From: a virus
Lineage: Duplodnaviria; Caudoviricetes
Strand: one strand, 5' to 3'
DNA length: 47,472 bases
Virus record (IMG/VR): IMGVR_UViG_3300032225_001249
Span: 1 to 47,472 of that record
Shown here: piece after piece, positions 29,986-39,693 of the stretch
Position numbering within the stretch: the stretch's first letter is position 1
How the letters are laid out: each line of letters starts with the position of its first letter
Program-made: the position numbers and the translations under genes
The notes under the pieces: generated by a model
What the model was told of the DNA's origin: nothing
Seen by the model: the letters and a program-made list of their open reading frames with translations, nothing else
Databases searched by the model: none

Positions 29986-31634
29986 GTTGTGGTCGCTGGT
30001 ACGGTTGCTGTTGCTGAAGTTGTTTCAAGGAATCCTGCTTTAGTAACAGGTGCTGTTACTGGCCTTGCTGCCATTCTGTTGAACGAAATTTGAGCCAATT
30101 CAAGATTGCTTCCCACTTTAGGAACAACAACATTGCTGGTAGAGGTAGCCGAGGCAACTGCTGTTGCCGCTGGATCATTCAAGTTGGTAGTAACATCGAC
30201 TCCACTGTTGTGTCCTTTGAATGGTTCATGTGTAGGAGCTCTGGTAACAATAGTTGACAATGTTCCGGGTTCAGATGTCCAACCTTTGTTGGCCACCCAT
30301 CTGGTATCGGCCAGTTTAAATCCAGTCATTGACTTGACTGGAGTAACTGCTGCGGCAGATCCACCATTCAAGTTGATAACTGATGCTTTGAAATTTAAAC
30401 TTCCTCCGCCGTTCCAACTACCGGTTTTACTTTGCAAGGCCAATGCACCATCACTTCGTATGCCAACTTTGGTTTGTCCATACATGGATATTGCTTGGGT
30501 AGTTGTCATAGTAATGCCCATGACACCTTCCAATTTGAGTTGTGTGTTGGCTTTGGCTTTGATACTTCCGCCGGCATACATGTTGATATCTTTGTCGGCG
30601 TGTAGATTTAACGTGCCTTGTGTTCTTACGTTAACTGAATTGGTACTGTAAAGATCTATGGTTCCATTTTGTCCCAGTTCAATCCAGCTCTGGCCGTTGG
30701 CATGGCAAATATAAAAACAATTGCCATCATCACTCATGGTTATCTGATGGCCTTTGGCCGTACGTATACGCACCAGGGTATCTTTGCCCGATAGGTCACC
30801 ATCATCCATGACCAAGGTGTGGCCGCCCATGCGACCAATTACCACTATGTCTTGCGGTTTAACTGCACCTGTTTCCAACTGTTTCTTAATGGTTTCTGGT
30901 TTTAAGCCGCCTTGATATACCGGCTTTCCTGGAGTGCTGATTCCATAAACTGAACTGGGGCTTTCTCGTTGACTACTGCTTTTTATAGGACCACGAATCG
31001 TGTCGGTGATTAGACCTTGTTGTAAGAATGTGCCAGCAACAACGCTTTGCACTGGTTTTTGCTGATCATAAAATTTGGGATTTTGATTGATGCCTTTGTT
31101 TAACTCATTGATCTCTACTACCGGCAACTGTTTGGCATCCGTGAATAGGCCTGATGATTTGGCCGTACTTGACAACGCATATTCTTTTGTATCAACTGCG
31201 CCTATGGCTGGAATCATGCGATTAATTCCGTTCACAGGTATACAGCCCACATAGAATCCTTTGGTAGGATCTCCTCCGACAAAGAAACACAATACCTGGA
31301 CTCCAATATCAGGAGGAGTAAACCACATGCCGTAACTGTTGCTGTTGCCCGGATATGTGCCTGTTCCTGCACTGGTCCCCAATGGTGCTGTTGCTCCATA
31401 AAAAGGCGGGCAATAACTTACTGTGCGCCACAAGCTAGGATCGCCAAGATTTGGTGTACCATCTTTATTGGTAGCACCAAATTGATCAATATACACTTGC
31501 AATCGACCGCTGCGAGTAGTGTCTACATTGTTGACCACGGTGCCGATATACGGACCCATTTCCGCAGGCATGCCACCACGATCAAATTTGTAGTTCTCGG
31601 GGCGACCTCGACTTCGTTGTGTATTTTCTGACAT
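29982..31634 (-). CDS. gp5: Baseplate central spike, gp5/VgrG-like (OB-fold plus beta-helix)
   Basis: GTVVNNVDTTRSGRLQVYI, SYGMWFTPPDIGVQVLCFF, GHTLVMDDG, RIRTAKGHQITMSD, beta-helix repeats and RAPTHEPF. Confidence 0.8.
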   Translation of the reverse strand: MSENTQRSRGRPENYKFDRGGMPAEMGPYIGTVVNNVDTTRSGRLQVYIDQFGATNKDGTPNLGDPSLWRTVSYCPPFYGATAPLGTSAGTGTYPGNSNSYGMWFTPPDIGVQVLCFFVGGDPTKGFYVGCIPVNGINRMIPAIGAVDTKEYALSSTAKSSGLFTDAKQLPVVEINELNKGINQNPKFYDQQKPVQSVVAGTFLQQGLITDTIRGPIKSSSQRESPSSVYGISTPGKPVYQGGLKPETIKKQLETGAVKPQDIVVIGRMGGHTLVMDDGDLSGKDTLVRIRTAKGHQITMSDDGNCFYICHANGQSWIELGQNGTIDLYSTNSVNVRTQGTLNLHADKDINMYAGGSIKAKANTQLKLEGVMGITMTTTQAISMYGQTKVGIRSDGALALQSKTGSWNGGGSLNFKASVINLNGGSAAAVTPVKSMTGFKLADTRWVANKGWTSEPGTLSTIVTRAPTHEPFKGHNSGVDVTTNLNDPAATAVASATSTSNVVVPKVGSNLELAQISFNRMAARPVTAPVTKAGFLETTSATATVPATTT

Positions 31635-31637
31635 GCT

Positions 31638-34600
31638 TTATCCAAAAAAATCGTTTAAATCTGTTGGTGTGCTTTGTGGAGCATCCAATAGACGTGCTGT
31701 TTCATTATTTCCTGCTGCCAAGTATTCACTGGTTATTCCGCTATCACCAGAATCGTCTGTACCTGCCATGGTCTGATTACTTAGCGGGTCTACCACTGGT
31801 GGTCTTTCAATTTCTGAAATTTGTGGTATGCCTAATCTAGCACGGATAATAGGATCAGTAGGGTCAGCATTGCCTAAAGCCGATATTTGCTCAGGTGTTA
31901 ATCCATAATATGGATCCACTACAGCGTTTACAGGATCGCCGGCCGCGGTTACCACGTTGTTTAATTTTGATGGTGCAGTCAACGCTCTGTTTACAATTCC
32001 TATTGCCTGACTACCACTGGTAGGCAATCCTGGAACAGCAGATGGCCTAGTTGACTGTCCACCCAATACGTTTTGAGCCAAGAAGTTTACAGCAGAATTT
32101 GTTACGGCATTCACTGCTCCGCTGACTGTGGATGGCATCCAGGCCGGCATTGCGAACCCGCCAACAGCCGCAGTCAACGCAGAACCCAATCTGCTGGAAC
32201 TAAGGCCATTGATAGCTTGTTGTTGAAGAAATTGTGTAGCCGACGCAGCCGCAGCATTGTCCGCTGTGGTTTTATCTAGAAGTATACTGCCTTTGACCTC
32301 TTGAGTAAATTTACCTTTGGCAAAAGTGCTGTAAACTTCCTTGGCAATAAATGTTCTATTGATTGCTGCCGGACCGCCGGCACGACCAGTGAGTGCAGTT
32401 GCATCTGATCCAGACCCAGACGAAGAAACTGCCTGTCCAGTGACAGTTTGTAGTCCAGTGTTGAGATTGTAATCGTCAGCCGAGTTAAATGCAATACGAT
32501 ACAAGATTTGTCCGGCATCAAAATTTATTGTGCCGTCAGCTAAAAATGCACTGAAGTAATCAGAACTGCCTATTGGACGACCAACAAAAGCTTCACCTTG
32601 TTGTAGCCAGGCCGGATCACCCACAATGGTCATGCTACTTTCTTTAAAGTCTGCTGGATTCAATATTTGTTCTGCGGCATTGGCCACTGGTTCGTTGGTT
32701 TTACCGTCGGCTCCTTGGCTGCTTTCTGTGCTTCGCGTTTGATGACTTTTTTGAACTTGATCGTCAGCGGCCACACCACTGCTGTCAACAAATGCGGCCT
32801 TGTTGAAATTCACTCCTGACAAAGTTATATAATACAAATTATTAATTGTTTCTTCGTAGCTCAATACCGAAGTGTTTTTGCCAGTGAACCAATAGTTGTA
32901 TTCTTTTTGCACACCGGTAAAAGTTGGCTTGGGAAAATATTCACTGTTGAGTTGTGCAATACGATATGGACTGATAATATATTTTATATTGTATGCAAAG
33001 TCGTTGCGCTTGGGATCGTATTTGTCAAACTGCGGTGTTGACTGGAGATTGATTTTGAACCAGGCTACGTTTTTTGCTGACGTTCCATTGCGTAATAGTT
33101 GTCCATCTGTTTCACTGTAACTGACCAGCTGTTGATCTTCAAGATAAGAACTGTTACGAATAATCTGATCAAGCAATTGCACAATCTGCATACCAGCTGT
33201 GGCACCTTGAGTACGACTGTTGGTATCTACACTTTGTTTACTACCTAGCTTTTGATCGGCCGCTGTAGAACCAACAGCATTGCTGGTTTTGCTTCGGTCC
33301 AGGCCGCCAGGTTTTTTTACCTTGGCATTTTTTAATGCTGCCGTAGCAAACTCCACCGAATAAACGTCTGGATAGGTATACGGAAAAGCGTCTCCAGGAC
33401 CTGATAATTCGCGTTGATAATTGTTAAGCGCAGTTATTAGTCCCTGGCGAACTGTTCCTTTTGAAATTGCGCCAGCATTGGCCGGTGCAGGGGGATTACT
33501 TGACCCTCCATTGGCTTGGTTGGGATTGTTTGCAACATCCAACGTGCCATTTAGTAAATCATTTACGGATTGACCGCTGAGTTCAATATTGTAAGGTATA
33601 GATCCACGTTTAGAACCTACATTGATGTTGTAGTGTAAACCCACGCCTTTGATATCATATTCAACCAATTTACTGCCCACTTTAAATTTGATATCTTTGA
33701 TCTGGAGTGGAAAAAACTTTTCCACAAATGCATTGGCATCTGTAGTTTTGTCGGCGCTGTTGAGATTACCCGGGGCTCCTCTAACCAAATTGCCGTTTTG
33801 ATCGTAGCCATAAAATCGTATTACCATCAGATATACCACACTGGAGAAACTTTTCTTAGCAGCCACATCTGGATAAAATTGCTGTATTGCCTTGGTCAAG
33901 TTAGGAATAAGAGTTATGCCACTGGGCTCGGTTATAGTAAAGTCTATATCAAGCACATTGTGATTTGAGCCAGTTCCTTTGCCTATTATTTTAGATTGTA
34001 GTTTAACTGTTTCAATATAGTAATCATTGTTGAAATACGGTACTCGACTTCCGGTAGGAATACCTGCACTTTGCATCAATAACCAGCAACCAGATAAATT
34101 TTTTCGTCCAGTTGAAACCATGGTTGTGTAGGCTTCTTTGGTGGTAAGATAAAGAGAAACACCATAGGTGTAACTGGCATACCCATCCAACACATTTGGC
34201 AAGGGTGTTATTGGCGAATTACTAAAAATTGTATTGATTTCTTGTTGCGTTGCATTTGGCGTTCTTGCTATGCTAGAATCATCACCTGGAGCTCCTACAC
34301 CTATTTGTGTATTGGCCGGTGGTGTTGCTAAGTCAGGTCCTGGTATTACACCGTTGCTAGGACGAGTTGTGTCTATGCGTCTAGGGTCGTTGGTGGCATA
34401 GGCCGCTGAGCTTGACCCTCCTCCAGTGGCCTGCGTTTGGCTCAAAGGTCTAACCGGAGCGTCAGTACCAGTATCTACTACAGTTTCTCCAACTGCTAAA
34501 CTGTCTTTTACCGACACTGCATTGGTACCAGATGTGGTATCTGGCGCGGTAGCTATTCTACCATTGGGTTGAAGAACTTGTTGCGGGCTATTAGGTGATT

Positions 34601-34877
34601 GTGGCAACGCACCGGGTGCTGTAGCCAACTGGTCATCTCTGACCAAGTTTCCAGAGCTGGCCGGGCTATTGACTTGTGCAGCTTCAGCTACTTGTATTTG
34701 TTCATTTATTGAATCAAGTGCTGCTCGATCACTTGCTATTCGTTGTTCATACTGGGCAATAATCGACGGTGATGTTTTACGATCTTGAGCGTTGGCCAAT
34801 TGCTCAGAAAAGAAATTAATTGCCGCACTTAGTCGACTACGCTCACTGTAAAGAAAAGTAAGATCGTATTGTGCCAT
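31638..34877 (-). CDS. Baseplate hub/tail protein (gp27-like position) with low-complexity termini
   Basis: 1079 aa with PNVLDGYASYTY, FTITEPSG, KEYNYWFTGKN, MTIVGDPAWL and GKFTQEVKG; directly upstream of the gp5-like gene. Confidence 0.55.
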   Translation of the reverse strand: MAQYDLTFLYSERSRLSAAINFFSEQLANAQDRKTSPSIIAQYEQRIASDRAALDSINEQIQVAEAAQVNSPASSGNLVRDDQLATAPGALPQSPNSPQQVLQPNGRIATAPDTTSGTNAVSVKDSLAVGETVVDTGTDAPVRPLSQTQATGGGSSSAAYATNDPRRIDTTRPSNGVIPGPDLATPPANTQIGVGAPGDDSSIARTPNATQQEINTIFSNSPITPLPNVLDGYASYTYGVSLYLTTKEAYTTMVSTGRKNLSGCWLLMQSAGIPTGSRVPYFNNDYYIETVKLQSKIIGKGTGSNHNVLDIDFTITEPSGITLIPNLTKAIQQFYPDVAAKKSFSSVVYLMVIRFYGYDQNGNLVRGAPGNLNSADKTTDANAFVEKFFPLQIKDIKFKVGSKLVEYDIKGVGLHYNINVGSKRGSIPYNIELSGQSVNDLLNGTLDVANNPNQANGGSSNPPAPANAGAISKGTVRQGLITALNNYQRELSGPGDAFPYTYPDVYSVEFATAALKNAKVKKPGGLDRSKTSNAVGSTAADQKLGSKQSVDTNSRTQGATAGMQIVQLLDQIIRNSSYLEDQQLVSYSETDGQLLRNGTSAKNVAWFKINLQSTPQFDKYDPKRNDFAYNIKYIISPYRIAQLNSEYFPKPTFTGVQKEYNYWFTGKNTSVLSYEETINNLYYITLSGVNFNKAAFVDSSGVAADDQVQKSHQTRSTESSQGADGKTNEPVANAAEQILNPADFKESSMTIVGDPAWLQQGEAFVGRPIGSSDYFSAFLADGTINFDAGQILYRIAFNSADDYNLNTGLQTVTGQAVSSSGSGSDATALTGRAGGPAAINRTFIAKEVYSTFAKGKFTQEVKGSILLDKTTADNAAAASATQFLQQQAINGLSSSRLGSALTAAVGGFAMPAWMPSTVSGAVNAVTNSAVNFLAQNVLGGQSTRPSAVPGLPTSGSQAIGIVNRALTAPSKLNNVVTAAGDPVNAVVDPYYGLTPEQISALGNADPTDPIIRARLGIPQISEIERPPVVDPLSNQTMAGTDDSGDSGITSEYLAAGNNETARLLDAPQSTPTDLNDFFG

Positions 34878-34878
34878 G

Positions 34879-35181
34879 TTAGAATCCCAGCGTGTCGCGT
34901 AGTGTGTTTATGGTAGGAAGATAGATGGTGACGCCTGCTTTGAAATCCAACGGAGGTGCTTGTAGCGTGTTGGGGTTACGTTGATAAAATACCCACCACA
35001 GGGTTGGCGTTTGATACAAGTCAAGTGCCAACAGGTCTGGTCTATATTGATAGGTCAAGTTTATGACCATCTGCTGATCATCTGGCAGTTTAGGTATAGG
35101 TCTATTGACCATAGGGTTAAGATAAAACTGTGTGTAGCCCGTGGTAAAATAAGGACTGGTCGAATCGTATGTGTTGGCCAT
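34879..35181 (-). CDS. Baseplate wedge subunit, gp53/LysM-like
   Basis: YQYRPDLLALDLYQTPTLWWVFYQRN...DFKAGVTIYLP. Confidence 0.75.
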   Translation of the reverse strand: MANTYDSTSPYFTTGYTQFYLNPMVNRPIPKLPDDQQMVINLTYQYRPDLLALDLYQTPTLWWVFYQRNPNTLQAPPLDFKAGVTIYLPTINTLRDTLGF

Positions 35182-37232
35182 TACCAGAATCCTCCTTTGA
35201 GTAAGTTACCATTGGCAAATCCTCTGACACTGAATTGTTGACTAACTTGACTGCGGGTCTGCACCGGCAACAACACAAGACTTATTTCCATCTTGGTAGG
35301 AACATAGGTGGGGTTGCCGGCGGCCAAGCTGCCTTGTGGAGCAAATGGTGCTGTTACAGCTCCGGGGAAAATCTTTTGTCCTAGACTTGAAAGACGTTGA
35401 ATTGTGCTGGCTATTGGATTGCCCAAGGTTGTTTGTCTGGTTCGAGCTGCCAATTGGTTACCACCGTTGCTGAGTGTGCTTTGAGCACGAATATAGTTAA
35501 CGTCAGCTGGCAGGTTGTAGTTAAATTGTGACACCAAGCAAGGATGTTTGTTGAACTGAAAATCTCCCAGACCACTTAGGAATACCATTGGTGGAGGCGT
35601 TCCGCGTTGTGCGTCTTGTCCATAGAACATTTTGGTAACTGATCTAAAAAAGTGTATCACTGCCAAGAGATAGTTGGCTTCGGCACTGTCCTGTGCTGTA
35701 AATGTGCCCTTGATGTTGATGCCATCTATGTAACTGTTTTGATAAAAATAACCACGATAGTTACTATGTGTAAGATCGTAAGAAGAATAGTTGGCCTTGT
35801 AGGATGTGTCTATTGTGGGTGTGTATGGAAATATAACGCCATTGGTGTCACGCAAGGGCCACAACAACGGACCGCAATCAGGTGCGTTATACAAGTAATC
35901 AGACGAGTCAGCCAACTGCAATCTTACACGCCAGTCACCGGTGGCTGCATTGTTGTTGGCTTGGACTCGGGCTGTTTGTTGATTCTGGGCTTGTCTTAAT
36001 AGTCCCTGTGCTCTGGCCGCGGCATCTGCAATGGCAGTAGTAACTGCTGTTCCGCCTGGAATTAGCGCGGCGGCAGCGGCTAGGGCCGCTTGAGTTGATA
36101 TTGGAGGCAAAGCCAAATTTGGATCAGCAATTGTACCAGCCAGTGATCTAAGTGCTGCCGTTGCAGTATCGCCACCGGCAGCAATCAGTGCCGCGATACT
36201 TGGATCATTGGTTGCACCAGGTGCTGTATAGTTTACTGCGGAGCTACCGGCATTGGCACCAGGAGGTACATCACCAGCATCAACAAAAGTTTGATCTTGA
36301 GCTTTGAGTGTTGCCGCTTGTTCTGTCAGGCCGCTGGCCACAATTTGACCAGTTTTTTCGTTCTTGACATAGTAGGTGCCGTTTTCTGGATCTTGCCCAG
36401 TGACATAGCCAACATTGCCAGCTGAATTGTCAACCGAACCAGCCGAGACTGTGTCTGGCGATTTGGTAACCAGTCCTGGTGTGTCGGGTGATATGTCTTC
36501 GGGCACTTCTGCCGCACGAACCAAACTACTAGTTCCGTCTGGCAATGTTTTAAAAGTGTTGCCTTTGCTGTCAGTGGTATACTCGCCTGGCGGATATTCG
36601 TCGGTAGCTGGTGATGCAGGACTAGTGTTAGACGGTGCCGGTGGCCCTACAAAATTGGGACTGTTTGGATCTGTTACAGGGCCCGCAGCACTGAGAGATC
36701 GTGTAACGCTACCAATGGCTTGATTAGCATAAGGTTGTAAAGAAGGCGGAACTACTTGGGCCACTGCTTGTCCTACCAGTTGTGTTCCTGTCTTGACCGC
36801 AAAATCTGTTACTGTTTTACTAATGCTAGCAGGACTTGGTATAAGCGAATCAAGGCTTGGCAACTTTGCAGTCAGACTGTCTATGCCTGGAATATCTTTA
36901 AATAGTTGACCTGCAAAGCCGGCGCCGGATCCGGGTCCGCCTAGTAATTCTGGACCCAGCACACTTTCTTTGAGAGTCCCAGCAAAATCTTTAATACCGT
37001 CAAAAAATCCGCTGCCTCCAAGTGATCCGCTAACAGCATCAAGGGGTTGAGGCCCACCAAATATGTCACCAAAACTGTTGGCATTAAACCACTCAGATTC
37101 GCCAGCAAAATCAAAAACTTGTTCCTGTAATTGATCAAATCCATCGGACAAAAATTCTGCGCCATCAGACAGTACCTCTGACGCTACGTCAAAGGCTTCT
37201 GTGGCAATATCGGCAAAATCTTCTACGCCCAT
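35181..37232 (-). CDS. Tail-tube initiator/baseplate protein (gp48/gp54-like C-terminal domain) with a long low-complexity N-terminus
   Basis: C-terminal DWRVRL...GVIFPYTPTI...THSNY...FFRSVTKMFYG...GTPPP...PCLVSQFNYNLP; Gly/Ala/Pro-rich N-terminal ~430 aa. Confidence 0.6.
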   Translation of the reverse strand: MGVEDFADIATEAFDVASEVLSDGAEFLSDGFDQLQEQVFDFAGESEWFNANSFGDIFGGPQPLDAVSGSLGGSGFFDGIKDFAGTLKESVLGPELLGGPGSGAGFAGQLFKDIPGIDSLTAKLPSLDSLIPSPASISKTVTDFAVKTGTQLVGQAVAQVVPPSLQPYANQAIGSVTRSLSAAGPVTDPNSPNFVGPPAPSNTSPASPATDEYPPGEYTTDSKGNTFKTLPDGTSSLVRAAEVPEDISPDTPGLVTKSPDTVSAGSVDNSAGNVGYVTGQDPENGTYYVKNEKTGQIVASGLTEQAATLKAQDQTFVDAGDVPPGANAGSSAVNYTAPGATNDPSIAALIAAGGDTATAALRSLAGTIADPNLALPPISTQAALAAAAALIPGGTAVTTAIADAAARAQGLLRQAQNQQTARVQANNNAATGDWRVRLQLADSSDYLYNAPDCGPLLWPLRDTNGVIFPYTPTIDTSYKANYSSYDLTHSNYRGYFYQNSYIDGINIKGTFTAQDSAEANYLLAVIHFFRSVTKMFYGQDAQRGTPPPMVFLSGLGDFQFNKHPCLVSQFNYNLPADVNYIRAQSTLSNGGNQLAARTRQTTLGNPIASTIQRLSSLGQKIFPGAVTAPFAPQGSLAAGNPTYVPTKMEISLVLLPVQTRSQVSQQFSVRGFANGNLLKGGFW

Positions 37233-37242
37233 AGTCTATTCC

Positions 37243-37617
37243 TTAATACAGCTCGTCTAATACTGCTTGATCAGTTTCTGTGGTTGCGTGTATACAGTAC
37301 CACACAGAATCTTCTAGTGTGATTATTTTATAGCGAGTCATTGCTTCTAACACAAAATGTGCCGGCGCTACAAATTTTATTTTTTGATCGCCATTTTCTA
37401 ACACCACACTGCCATGCCCTAATATGCTTACGTGCTCGTCCGGAAAACGTTTAGTGTAAATTTGCAAGCCAGCAGGCACTCTAAACGCTTTGATATACAT
37501 ACCATTGCTGTGTATATGCTTTATTTGTGCTGCTTCTGCCAACGGCAGGCGCTGTGGACGTTCTACAGGAGGTGTGTCAACTGTGGCGGGTTCTTGAATT
37601 TGTTGTTCGTTTAACAT
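37243..37617 (-). CDS. Cupin-fold protein
   Basis: HIHSNGMYIKAFRVPAG...EHVSILGHGSV...APAHF...LEDSVWYCIH, a phage cupin pattern. Confidence 0.65.
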   Translation of the reverse strand: MLNEQQIQEPATVDTPPVERPQRLPLAEAAQIKHIHSNGMYIKAFRVPAGLQIYTKRFPDEHVSILGHGSVVLENGDQKIKFVAPAHFVLEAMTRYKIITLEDSVWYCIHATTETDQAVLDELY

Positions 37618-37622
37618 TACTG

Positions 37623-37628
37623 TATTTA
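37623..37628 (-). promoter_or_regulatory. Late-promoter-like TAAATA box heading the structural operon
   Basis: GGTTAAATA 5 nt before ATG 37617. The same box occurs at 29134, 28725, 10830, 10057, 10032 and 8719, all at gene boundaries on the minus strand. Confidence 0.65.
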
Positions 37629-37660
37629 ACCAAAATAATATAGGCGTAGTTTATAAAAGG

Positions 37661-37688
37661 TTGACAAGTGTCGTTTTTATGTTACAAT
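37661..37688 (+). promoter_or_regulatory. Sigma70-type promoter for the sigma factor gene
   Basis: TTGACA-16 nt-TACAAT with an extended -10 TG; GGAG RBS at 37701. Confidence 0.65.
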
Positions 37689-37712
37689 AAATATATTATA
37701 GGAGACCCATCT

Positions 37713-38630
37713 GTGGCCACATCACTAGTTCCAAGAACCCCAGCAAAAACCAACTATCTCAACAACAGAGATATTTTAAAACAAATACACCTTAGTAAAA
37801 ATACCTACTGCTCATACACAGATCCTGTAAATGATCATCAATATGATATTATTTTACCCAGTCTTGCCAAGATCAATCAACGCACAGTGGCCGAAGCCAG
37901 ACGCAATCGTGCAGACCGTTTAAAGCGTGAAGGCACTATTGTTGACCCAAAAAAGATTCCAAATACCGACTTGGTATTTCGTATTACCTGCTGGGAACAC
38001 ATACCGATGGCACCCAAGAAAGTATCTAAAAACGCCGCAAAAAAGAAAAAAATTGAAGATATTTTTGAACTGGACATGCCCGAAGAAGATGATCCGTTGG
38101 CCGAGTTGTTGGACATTCCGGTGTTGGATGAGAAGCATGTGCGCCTAAACTTTCCGCCATTTTATCACTATAGGCTAGATGAAAACAAACAACCTTTTCA
38201 AGTGGGCAAGAGTCACTGGATCGGCGATTTTGAAACAGGCGAATTCAGCAAGGACCACGGGCAAGTCACACGCACCTTGGCTACCATGTATATGAAATTA
38301 TGCGAACGTTATGCCACCCGTTCAAACTGGAGAGGATACACCTACAATGAAGAAATGCGCGGACAAGCCTTGTTACAGCTCAGTCAAATTGGACTGCAAT
38401 TCGACGAGTCAAAATCGCAGAATCCTTTTGCGTATTATACTGCCGCTATCACTAATAGCTTTACTCGTATCTTGAATCTTGAAAAGAAAAATCAAAATAT
38501 TCGCGACGACATGTTAGAACAAGCTGGACTCAATCCAAGTTGGACTAGACAAAATGCCGGCAAAAAAAATCAAAATTTAAGTTCAGCAGTTATCAATATT
38601 GACGTTGCCGAATACAACAACGACAATTAA
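37713..38630 (+). CDS. gp55: Phage late-transcription sigma factor, T4 gp55-like
   Basis: NYLNNRDIL and NWRGYTYNEEMRGQALLQL...QFDESKSQNPFAYYTAAITNSFTRILNLEKK. GTG 37713 follows AGGAG. It sits upstream of gp47/gp46 as in T4-like phages. Confidence 0.8.
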   Translation: MATSLVPRTPAKTNYLNNRDILKQIHLSKNTYCSYTDPVNDHQYDIILPSLAKINQRTVAEARRNRADRLKREGTIVDPKKIPNTDLVFRITCWEHIPMAPKKVSKNAAKKKKIEDIFELDMPEEDDPLAELLDIPVLDEKHVRLNFPPFYHYRLDENKQPFQVGKSHWIGDFETGEFSKDHGQVTRTLATMYMKLCERYATRSNWRGYTYNEEMRGQALLQLSQIGLQFDESKSQNPFAYYTAAITNSFTRILNLEKKNQNIRDDMLEQAGLNPSWTRQNAGKKNQNLSSAVINIDVAEYNNDN

Positions 38631-38639
38631 CCGGATTGC

Positions 38640-38668
38640 TTGCAGAATCCGTTTTGCTAGTGTATACT
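38640..38668 (+). promoter_or_regulatory. Sigma70-like promoter for gp47
   Basis: TTGCAG-17 nt-TATACT, 8 nt before ATG 38677; overlaps a GGATT/AATCC inverted repeat. Confidence 0.5.
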
Positions 38669-38676
38669 GTTAATCT

Positions 38677-39693
38677 ATGACGAATCTATTTAAAAAAGTA
38701 GCTGTATGCACTGATATCCACTTTGGCTTGAAGTCAAATAGCTTACAACACAATCAAGATTGTTCAGATTTTATTGATTGGTTTATTGAGACTGCTCAGG
38801 CCAATGGATGCGAAACCGGAATGTTCTTGGGCGATTGGAGCCATCAACGTGCGGCAATCAACATGCAGACCTTGCAATACAGTCTGCGTAGTTTGGAAAA
38901 ACTAAGTCGAGCGTTTGAGCGTTTTTACTTTATTCCCGGCAATCACGACTTGTATTATCGAGACAAACGAGACATCTACAGCACTGAATGGGCCAAACAT
39001 ATTCCTAACATTGTGATTGTCAACGACTTTTTCAAAGATGGTGATGTAATTATTGCTCCTTGGCTAGTCGGAGATGATCATAAAAAATTGGCCAAAATGA
39101 GTGCTAAGTATATGTTTGGACATTTTGAACTGCCACATTTCAAAATGAACGCCATGGTAGAGATGCCAGATCACGGCGAAATTCGAGTAGAAAACTTTAG
39201 TGGTATTGAAAGCGTTTACTCAGGGCATTTCCATTTACGACAGCACAAAAAGAATATCAACTATATTGGCAACTGTTTCCCACACAACTTTGCCGATGCA
39301 GGTGATGAAGCTCGCGGCATGATGATCAAAGAATGGGGTATGCCAGATCAATATTATGCTTGGCCAGGACAACCCTTGTATCGTGTGATGAAGTTAAGCG
39401 AAGCTATCGACAATGGTAAAAATGTTCTAAAACCCAATATGCATGTTCGAGTAGAGTTGGACATTGATATTAGCTACGAAGAGGCAAACTTTATCAAAGA
39501 CACGTTTGTAAAGGAACACAAGTTGAGAGAAATGGCATTGATACCTAGCAAACGCACCGACATTGATATTGATCTAGCACCCGGGGAAGTTAAATTTGAA
39601 AGTGTAGATCAAATTGTAACAGATCAACTTACCAATATTGAAAGTGAATTTTACGATCCCAAGTTGTTGTTGAAAATATATCAAAATCTATAA
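38677..39693 (+). CDS. gp47: Recombination nuclease subunit, Mre11/SbcD/T4 gp47-like
   Basis: Metallophosphoesterase motifs TDIHFG, LGDW, GNHD, GHFE and SGHFH. Confidence 0.92.
   Translation: MTNLFKKVAVCTDIHFGLKSNSLQHNQDCSDFIDWFIETAQANGCETGMFLGDWSHQRAAINMQTLQYSLRSLEKLSRAFERFYFIPGNHDLYYRDKRDIYSTEWAKHIPNIVIVNDFFKDGDVIIAPWLVGDDHKKLAKMSAKYMFGHFELPHFKMNAMVEMPDHGEIRVENFSGIESVYSGHFHLRQHKKNINYIGNCFPHNFADAGDEARGMMIKEWGMPDQYYAWPGQPLYRVMKLSEAIDNGKNVLKPNMHVRVELDIDISYEEANFIKDTFVKEHKLREMALIPSKRTDIDIDLAPGEVKFESVDQIVTDQLTNIESEFYDPKLLLKIYQNL

Noticed and set aside
30106-30651. 181-aa plus-strand ORF and the many other 60-126 aa antisense or alternate-frame ORFs in the track
   Set aside because: They lie within well-supported genes, have no recognisable motifs and are the shadows expected from codon bias.
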